Origin: Methanobacteriaceae archaeon
GTDB taxonomy: Archaea; Methanobacteriota; Methanobacteria; Methanobacteriales; Methanobacteriaceae
Assembly (NCBI GenBank): GCA_003558085.1
Contig: PWMT01000087.1
Location: 1-15,282, forward strand
DNA: 15,282 nt
Direction of reading: 5' to 3'
Within the stretch, counting starts at the first letter, position 1; every line of letters begins with the position of its first letter. The notes under the pieces were generated by a model. The model ran no database searches, had not been told where the DNA came from, and saw only the letters and a list, made by a program, of their open reading frames with translations. The translations under genes and the position numbers were made by a program. This document shows, piece by piece, positions 9,182 to 15,282 of this stretch.

Positions 9182-9871
9182 TTAGAAAATAAAATCCGGA
9201 TGAACCGGGAAGAGATAGCTCAGGAATAAAAACAGGGTAAGGGCAATAACAGCCGCAAGCACAATTTTTTTATCTTCTTTAACTGGATAAAGGTAAGTTA
9301 GAGTTAATCCTCCCATTAAAAATCCTCCTATCAGGAGTAATGCATTATAACTCTGAGGATTATCATGGACAGTAGTAGTATTAAGGGAATGAATGTTGAC
9401 CAAATCTGTTTCTACTATTAAACGTTCCCGGGTAGAACCTAACGGATGACAGGTTATTAAAAATAGTTTTTGACCCTGATCCGGTGATATTCGATAGGAA
9501 GCAGGTACCACAAAGGTATCAGTAACTTTATATTCAACCCTACCAATATCTGGCCAGTCAAGAAAATATGTTTCTCCTATATCAATTTGATCTAATCTGA
9601 GGAAAGGAGATCCATAAAAGGTACGATGTCCAAATAATATCACTGTACCTTTACCTGGTTCCATGGATTGTGGCTCATGGTAAACCCCCTGAGAGACTGA
9701 TATATTATTCACTCTTTGGGTAAGATCAATAGAAGGCATTACCACCATAGGGGTGGGAGTGCTACTATCATTTTCTATTACTACTTGAGAGGCATAGAAA
9801 CTGACATCAATTAAAAGATAAAAGGAGATTATCAGCAATCCTGCTAAAATTAAAAAAGTAGAAATTTTCAT
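9182..9871 (-). CDS. Sortase (class E/D-like cysteine transpeptidase) with N-terminal and C-terminal membrane segments
   Basis: Catalytic triad motifs: His in FGHRTFYGSPF, Cys in LFLITCHP (TLxTC-like), Arg in STRERLIV. One N-terminal and two C-terminal hydrophobic segments. Confidence 0.9.
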   Translation of the reverse strand: MKISTFLILAGLLIISFYLLIDVSFYASQVVIENDSSTPTPMVVMPSIDLTQRVNNISVSQGVYHEPQSMEPGKGTVILFGHRTFYGSPFLRLDQIDIGETYFLDWPDIGRVEYKVTDTFVVPASYRISPDQGQKLFLITCHPLGSTRERLIVETDLVNIHSLNTTTVHDNPQSYNALLLIGGFLMGGLTLTYLYPVKEDKKIVLAAVIALTLFLFLSYLFPVHPDFIF

Positions 9872-10043
9872 AGCTTTTATCTCTTTAAGTCTGTAATATT
9901 TACTATTATATTTTAGAATATAAAGTTATGGTAGGGCACACAAACTAACCTAAAAAAGATAAAAAAGAATCCCCAACAAGATTAATTTTTCTCTAGTTGA
10001 ACATAGCATAGATTATATATTTTAAAGAATATTATGCTTCTTG

Positions 10044-11459
10044 TTAGGCATAGATAGTCCTTAATTCATTTATCAACCAAGTTGGAGCTTGCTGGGTTGG
10101 TAAAGTTAAAATTATCTCATCCATATTTTGTATCAATAATAAAACATCTTCTCGAGGTACTTCCAATAAAAGCAAATATTGAGCATCTAGTTCACCGAGA
10201 TTAGATGTTCTTTCAAAATCAGATAATCTAATTCCATAATTCTGCAGTAATGCTCTAGTTTGTGCTTCATCAAACCCACCAGCTGAAGCTGCTCTTAAAA
10301 GCTGTTCTACATTAGCCGTCGCAGTTTGTTCCCTTTGAGTTAGAGAACTGATTTGATCTACGGTGAAGCTCTGACTTCTTGCATATCGTGCATCAATAGC
10401 ACCACTCTCTCGAGCTCTCAAAATGGCAAGAACAGTTGCTCCACTTATTGCAGGAGTTTCATCAGTTGCAATGGCAGGACTTTGTGCTGGTGATTCTTGA
10501 CCTTCTTCATTTATTGGAATACGTTCTTCATCTGTTTCAGCTTGTGCTTCAGGTTCAACTCTTAAATAAACATCTACCATGTTGCCTACACTAATTAAAC
10601 CTCCAGCAGCCTGTAATCTTGATATGATAATAGGCACTGCCACTGTATCTGGAGTTTGAATCTCTATATTAGCCAGTAAACTAGCATCAGCCTGGGAAAC
10701 AAATCTACGAGCATCCTCAACTCTCATAATCACAGATTTCTCAGATGCTGCTCTAGTTTGATGAGCACCCTGCGGACCAGGAACATCAGTGTCATAAACT
10801 ATCATAACTCGATTAAAATCATCTCTATTAATATTGATTTGCTGATTTTGATAAGTTCGCCATTTATCTGTTGCTGGTCCTAAAACATCCACCGCCAATA
10901 TTTGTTCTGGTGTAACTCCCTCTTCAATTTCCGCTATTAATTGTTGTCTTTGAGGATCTGCTGCTAAAGGACCTTTATAATAGGCATTAACTTCATTTAA
11001 TTTAATAGTTCTTGCTTCCTGTAAAGTTTCTTGATAAGGAGCATAAACTAGAAAATAATATCCGGATGCTACTAAGATTATCAATATTAAACCAAATACT
11101 GCTGCTCCAATGATAGTCTTCTGATCATCGTCTGGTATTTTTCTACCAAAACCTTCACCCAAGCCCCGCCCAGATATTTTAGGTTTTTTAGGCTTTTTAG
11201 GTTCTTTTGGTTTTAAGGTGCCCTTATCTTCACTTTTAGGCCTTATTCTAGGTTTAGGCATTGGACGTGCTTTTCTTTTAGCATCAGGGGATTTTTTCTC
11301 ATTTTTTGGTTTTTTAGTAGATATCTTACCCACCAGATCTTTAATTTTGCCTCCCACATCAGATGACTTTTTATCATCATTTTTTCTCAGATCTGGAGGA
11401 GAATTTTTATTTTTCTCGCTCTTATTTTCCTTTTCATTACCATTTAACTTATCTAACAT
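10044..11459 (-). CDS. DUF515-type single-pass membrane protein with CpaB/RcpC-like segment
   Basis: About 115-aa Lys/Pro-rich N-terminus, one TM helix (IIGAAVFGLILIILVASGYYFLVY), helical region, then VAVPIIISRLQAAGGLISVGNMVDVYL. The start overlaps the end of pssA by 11 nt. Confidence 0.75.
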   Translation of the reverse strand: MLDKLNGNEKENKSEKNKNSPPDLRKNDDKKSSDVGGKIKDLVGKISTKKPKNEKKSPDAKRKARPMPKPRIRPKSEDKGTLKPKEPKKPKKPKISGRGLGEGFGRKIPDDDQKTIIGAAVFGLILIILVASGYYFLVYAPYQETLQEARTIKLNEVNAYYKGPLAADPQRQQLIAEIEEGVTPEQILAVDVLGPATDKWRTYQNQQININRDDFNRVMIVYDTDVPGPQGAHQTRAASEKSVIMRVEDARRFVSQADASLLANIEIQTPDTVAVPIIISRLQAAGGLISVGNMVDVYLRVEPEAQAETDEERIPINEEGQESPAQSPAIATDETPAISGATVLAILRARESGAIDARYARSQSFTVDQISSLTQREQTATANVEQLLRAASAGGFDEAQTRALLQNYGIRLSDFERTSNLGELDAQYLLLLEVPREDVLLLIQNMDEIILTLPTQQAPTWLINELRTIYA

Positions 11460-12177
11460 GTGGACCCCTTCTAAGATTCATTAATATGGCCGAAGTAGGC
11501 ATGAAAACAATGAATACAATAGTTATACTGAATAAAACATTGGCAGGAATATTCAGTAAATTTGTTTGAATTTTTTGTGGCAATAAAACCCCTGCGATCA
11601 ATATTAACGTTAATAAAGCAGTTTTAATGCTTTTAATTTTAGGATATTCTATGGTACTGATCATTAGTAAGGATACTAAAGTCATTATCAAGATTGCCAA
11701 ATCCATCCTGAAGAAGTTACTAAGATAAAATGATGCCAAAACCACAGCAATTGTAGGTATAGGCAATCCCACAAAATTATCTTCATGACTTTTAGATTCA
11801 GAAAGGACATTGAACCTTGAAAGCCTCATTATACCACATGTAACTATTAAGAGACTTACTAATATATTAATGTATCGTATATCATATGTTAAAGTGGCTG
11901 AATACAAAAAGATTCCCGGCGCAACACCAAAGGATATAGCATCACATAATGAATCCATATTTTTACCAAATCCTAAGTTATCAACCCTATTTGTTTTACG
12001 TGCCACCCACCCATCAACTGAATCAAAGATTACTGAAATTAACATGAATTTTGCAGAAAGTATTAATTGCCCTTGTAAAGCCATTATTATAGCTAAAAAT
12101 CCAAAAGAAGCGTTTAAAAGTGAGAAAAAGTCAGCAAAAGCAAAATAATTTTTCATTCCATTATTATCTACACTCAA
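11449..12177 (-). CDS. pssA: Archaetidylserine synthase (CDP-alcohol phosphatidyltransferase)
   Basis: CDP-alcohol phosphotransferase motif DSVDGWVARK...GKNMDSLCDAISFGVAP, plus RLSRFN and FVGLPIP; adjacent to psd; TTG start with GGAG upstream. Confidence 0.92.
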   Translation of the reverse strand: MSVDNNGMKNYFAFADFFSLLNASFGFLAIIMALQGQLILSAKFMLISVIFDSVDGWVARKTNRVDNLGFGKNMDSLCDAISFGVAPGIFLYSATLTYDIRYINILVSLLIVTCGIMRLSRFNVLSESKSHEDNFVGLPIPTIAVVLASFYLSNFFRMDLAILIMTLVSLLMISTIEYPKIKSIKTALLTLILIAGVLLPQKIQTNLLNIPANVLFSITIVFIVFMPTSAILMNLRRGPHVR

Positions 12178-12610
12178 TTTTATTGGCTCCTAGTTAATTT
12201 GTCAATGAATATATTATAACTCTATACTTCTTGGAGGTTGTAAACTTGTAGGGGGGTTGAACAACTATTAAAGCAATATTTTTGATATATTTTGTATTTA
12301 TTTGAGGATAGAAAGATAATTATCGAATTAAATATTGATGAAATTCCAACACCCATAAACTTTACAGTCCCCCTACTTGTTTAAATAAAATATTATTTAA
12401 AGGTCTTTAAATGCTTACTTGTAACTCTTAGTATTAGTTTTTACTAATTTAAGTTATTATTAATACTATATTCATGAGTTCAACTTAGATCGTTTTTGAG
12501 ATATGAATAAGCCGGAAAAAAGATCCTGAATTTATTTTTAGGTATGCCAAAAAATTCTTGATTAAAGTTAAAATATTTTAGTATATAAATATTAAGTAAA
12601 TTTTCTATAT

Positions 12611-12695
12611 ACGAGAATTAAAACTTTCTAAAAATTAAATTTTCTAAAAAATAGCCAAAAATTATAAACAACGAGAATTAAGTTTTCATAAATTA
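12611..12695. repeat. Direct repeat ACGAGAATTAA x2 with degenerate extensions
   Basis: Exact 11-mer at 12611-12621 and 12671-12681, each followed by a similar tttc..aaatta tract. Confidence 0.55.
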
Positions 12696-12745
12696 TATAT
12701 TAAGCCCACATTTTAATTAATAGAATTCAAATAAAGCTTTAAAAA

Positions 12746-13417
12746 TCACGATTTTAAATCTTTAAATCGAGCCAATATAGTTTCTCCTGCTTTAGGTTTT
12801 TCACCTACGTTAACTAATAATTCAAAACTTTCACGGGGAACAATTAAATCTACCCTGGATCCAAAACATATCATTCCCAAACGACTTCCAATTTCTACTT
12901 CATCACCTAACGCCACATACTGCACAATTCTACGAGCTAAAAATCCAGCTATCTGAATTATGCCTATTTTACCGTAGGTAGAATCAATTACAATTAAATT
13001 TTTTTCATTTTCAGTTTTAATTTCTCCAAATGCAAACTTGAATTTTCCAGGGCAATATTTGGTTTTAATCACTTTACCCGAGACAGGGGCACGATTTACA
13101 TGAACATCAAATGGGGACATGAAGGTACTAATAAGTATTCCTTTCTGATTTTTTTGAAGTAAATGTTCCATTAAAGGATAATCTGAGTTTACAATTTCAA
13201 TTTGATCAATTTTACCCTTTAAAATTCTACCATCTGCCGGAGCAACAACTATCCCTTTATCAAAAGGCACTTTCCTATGAGGATCTCTGAAAAACTGCAT
13301 AAGAAACGTTATAAAGGAGAATAATAGGAATGTTATCAGTGAATAACCTAAAAAGATAGGAAAAAGTGCTAAAGTAAAAAGTATACTAACTTTTTTAAAG
13401 GTTCCTTTAACAAACAT
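12746..13417 (-). CDS. psd: Archaetidylserine (phosphatidylserine) decarboxylase proenzyme
   Basis: FFRDP, APADG, FMSPFDVHVNRAP, ENEKN, QIAGFLARRI and the pyruvoyl self-cleavage motif FGSRVD. Start is ATG 13417 or GTG 13423; both have an upstream RBS-like sequence. Confidence 0.94.
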   Translation of the reverse strand: MFVKGTFKKVSILFTLALFPIFLGYSLITFLLFSFITFLMQFFRDPHRKVPFDKGIVVAPADGRILKGKIDQIEIVNSDYPLMEHLLQKNQKGILISTFMSPFDVHVNRAPVSGKVIKTKYCPGKFKFAFGEIKTENEKNLIVIDSTYGKIGIIQIAGFLARRIVQYVALGDEVEIGSRLGMICFGSRVDLIVPRESFELLVNVGEKPKAGETILARFKDLKS

Positions 13418-14097
13418 GCCCACCTCTAACCTCCCTTTGAATTTAAAAATACTCTAAAATTTAATAAAAATACGTGATGAAATCCCTCGATCTGATTAGG
13501 TATTTATTAAAAATTTAACCAATCTTATTTATTTTGTAAATAAATTTAATTTCGTTCTTCTCTATGATTAGATAACTATTGATCAGGGGGGATTGTAATT
13601 AGGCTCTGAAACCATAATTAGAATCTAAACTAATATGCTAATCAATGAGATGATATATTCTTATTTACTGTCTCTATCTTAGATAAATATTGAATAGTAA
13701 ATCTGTTTTTTAAATTATATATATGCTAACTTCTCATACTTATATAAAAGCAAGATTCTTGGATGGATTTGATAATAAAATAGGATCACTATAATGAACC
13801 ATTCAATTCTCTAGAAAAAATTGATTAAAAATAATATTATCATCTTCATTATTATTGGGATTTTCAATGATAATATATTAAATGAAATCAATTTTGACTT
13901 TTACAGTGTATAACTATATATAATTACAGAAAGTATAATAACCCTGAACATAAAATTCATCTTTTCTGAACTGTGCTTGAGAGAAAAAATAATACTACTA
14001 TTAAATAAAGATGATATTTGATCATGTTTTTAATAATAATCGAATTTAGATAAAAATCTAAATAATATTTTATTACCATCTCCCTCTGGAGGTATTC

Positions 14098-14727
14098 ATG
14101 ATAGAAAGTAAAATTAAAGTTCTAAGGAAGGCTGCAAAAGTTTCGACCGCACAAAATTCGGATCAAATATGGTGTGTGATTGCCGGTAATGAAGAAATGG
14201 TTAATAATGTAGCCTATGCAGCTATTTCAGCCAAAGATAGAGTAAAAATACTCTTTAGAGAACATGTGAACTTTAAAGAATCATTCGTTAGAAAAAAATT
14301 TGATTTTATCATGTTATATGGTGATAACAATATTATAAGGGATTTGAGCTTAATTTGTAAAGATAATGGTGGTGCCTACCTTAAAATAGCTCCTTATTAT
14401 GTTAAAAATGAGCCAGATTTAATATTATTGGTTGCACCAGATAAAGCCATGAAAAAATTTGTAGGGGATGCTGAAAAAGAAAATATTAAATTTTCATATC
14501 TCTTGGAAGATAAAACAACTGGATTTATAGAAAGCGATGTATCAATTACTACCCGTCTACCAGAATTTTTACGTGATCTGGTGGATCCTTTATTTAAATT
14601 TACAGATGTAGTTTTATCTACTATCCTCATATCCAGTGAGAGAAAATATATCGAAGCAATACAAAAAGTGGCTGATTCTAACCAAGTTTTCGTAGTAGAA
14701 TTTAAAGAAATCGTGGAGGAAGTATAA
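14098..14727 (+). CDS. Hypothetical soluble alpha/beta protein encoded directly upstream of mreB
   Basis: 209-aa ORF with a strong GGAGGT RBS; its stop is 1 nt before the mreB ATG; no TM segment. Confidence 0.85.
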   Translation: MIESKIKVLRKAAKVSTAQNSDQIWCVIAGNEEMVNNVAYAAISAKDRVKILFREHVNFKESFVRKKFDFIMLYGDNNIIRDLSLICKDNGGAYLKIAPYYVKNEPDLILLVAPDKAMKKFVGDAEKENIKFSYLLEDKTTGFIESDVSITTRLPEFLRDLVDPLFKFTDVVLSTILISSERKYIEAIQKVADSNQVFVVEFKEIVEEV

Positions 14728-14728
14728 T

Positions 14729-15282
14729 ATGTTCTCATTAGGAAAAAATAAGGAAAAAAATGAAACAAATAAGAAAAAACCGCTGGGTAACACTTTAGGA
14801 ATTGATTTAGGTACTTTAAACAGTGTGGTAGCTAAACCATCTGGAGATAAATTTGATATATATAAAATTCCTTCTGTAGTAGCAGTTAAAAAAGAAGACC
14901 CTTCTTATGTATTGGCTGTAGGCCAAGAAGCTAAAGCCATGCTGGGAAGAACACCAGAAGATATAGTAGCAGTAAGACCTTTAAGAAAGGGAGTTATCGA
15001 AAGCGTTGCTCAAGCTGAAGCATTATTAATCTATGCTATGGAGATGGGTTCTGGCGATGACCCCTCTAGTATTGATCGTATTGTAATTGGAATTCCTGGA
15101 GATGCCTCGGAAGTAGAAAAAAATGCTGTAGAAGAGATTGGTAGAAAAGCAGGAGCTAGATATGTTTTAGTAATTAGCGAAGGTCTTTCAGCAGCCATAG
15201 GTGCTGGTTTACCCATTGCAGAAGCCACCGGAACTATGATTATAGATATTGGTGCGGGATCCAGTGACATTGTGGTAATTTC
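14729..15282 (+). CDS. mreB: MreB/Mbl-family actin-like rod shape-determining protein, 3'-truncated by the window
   Basis: Hand translation: MFSLGKNKEKNETNKKKPLGNTLGIDLGTLNSVV...IPSVVAV...AVGQEAKAMLGRTPEDIVAVRPLRKGVI...SEVEKNAV...EGLSAAIGAGLPIAEATGTMIIDIGAGSSDIVVI. It has the phosphate-1 (DLGT) and phosphate-2 (DIGAG) loops and the MreB-specific MLGRTP and RPL..GVI signatures. GGAGG RBS at 14715-14719. Confidence 0.93.
   Translation, partial: MFSLGKNKEKNETNKKKPLGNTLGIDLGTLNSVVAKPSGDKFDIYKIPSVVAVKKEDPSYVLAVGQEAKAMLGRTPEDIVAVRPLRKGVIESVAQAEALLIYAMEMGSGDDPSSIDRIVIGIPGDASEVEKNAVEEIGRKAGARYVLVISEGLSAAIGAGLPIAEATGTMIIDIGAGSSDIVVI

Noticed and set aside
9950-10009. 19-codon hydrophobic minus-strand ORF between DUF515 and the sortase (MLCSTREKLILLGILFYLF)
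   Set aside because: Too short, no RBS, and expected by chance in T-rich sequence.
1882-11459. Search for an LPxTG-type sortase substrate among proteins in the window
   Set aside because: No complete protein here ends in motif + TM + basic tail. The PMBR protein's C-terminus is outside the window.
11218-12148. Plus-strand ORFs 11218-11484, 11363-11569 and 11810-12148
   Set aside because: Antisense to DUF515 and pssA. The Phe/Leu richness of the first simply mirrors Lys codons on the coding strand.
14397-15270. Minus-strand ORFs 14397-14768 and 15031-15270
   Set aside because: Antisense shadows of the hypothetical gene and mreB.
14729-15282. DnaK/Hsp70 as identity of the last gene (GIDLGT motif)
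   Set aside because: MLGRTP, RPLRKGVI and AAIGAGLPI are MreB signatures, and the spacing between phosphate loops fits MreB.

Overview
AT-rich archaeal chromosomal window, most likely from a pseudomurein-walled methanogen (Methanobacteriaceae). This is inferred from a pseudomurein-binding-repeat protein, MptD, Taw1, korDABC-sucC, TATA-box promoters and GGAGG/GGTGA ribosome-binding sites. Left to right: 5' part of a secreted pseudomurein-binding-repeat gene (-, missing from the ORF track, probably ATT-initiated); wyosine synthase taw1 (+); DUF1002 exported protein (+); polytopic membrane protein with O-antigen ligase/Wzy-like layout (+); then a long minus-strand run, in transcription order psd, pssA, DUF515, sortase, mptD, korD, korA, korB, korC, sucC; and a divergent two-gene unit, a hypothetical protein plus mreB (3'-truncated, missing from the ORF track). 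The ORF track labels sucC '+', but the sequence shows it is on the minus strand. No RNA genes, CRISPR arrays or intact mobile elements were seen. The most interesting signal is an envelope module linking aminophospholipid synthesis (Psd/PssA) to a CpaB-like membrane protein and a true sortase, next to MreB. It suggests, untested, sortase-mediated anchoring of proteins to an archaeal amino-lipid.
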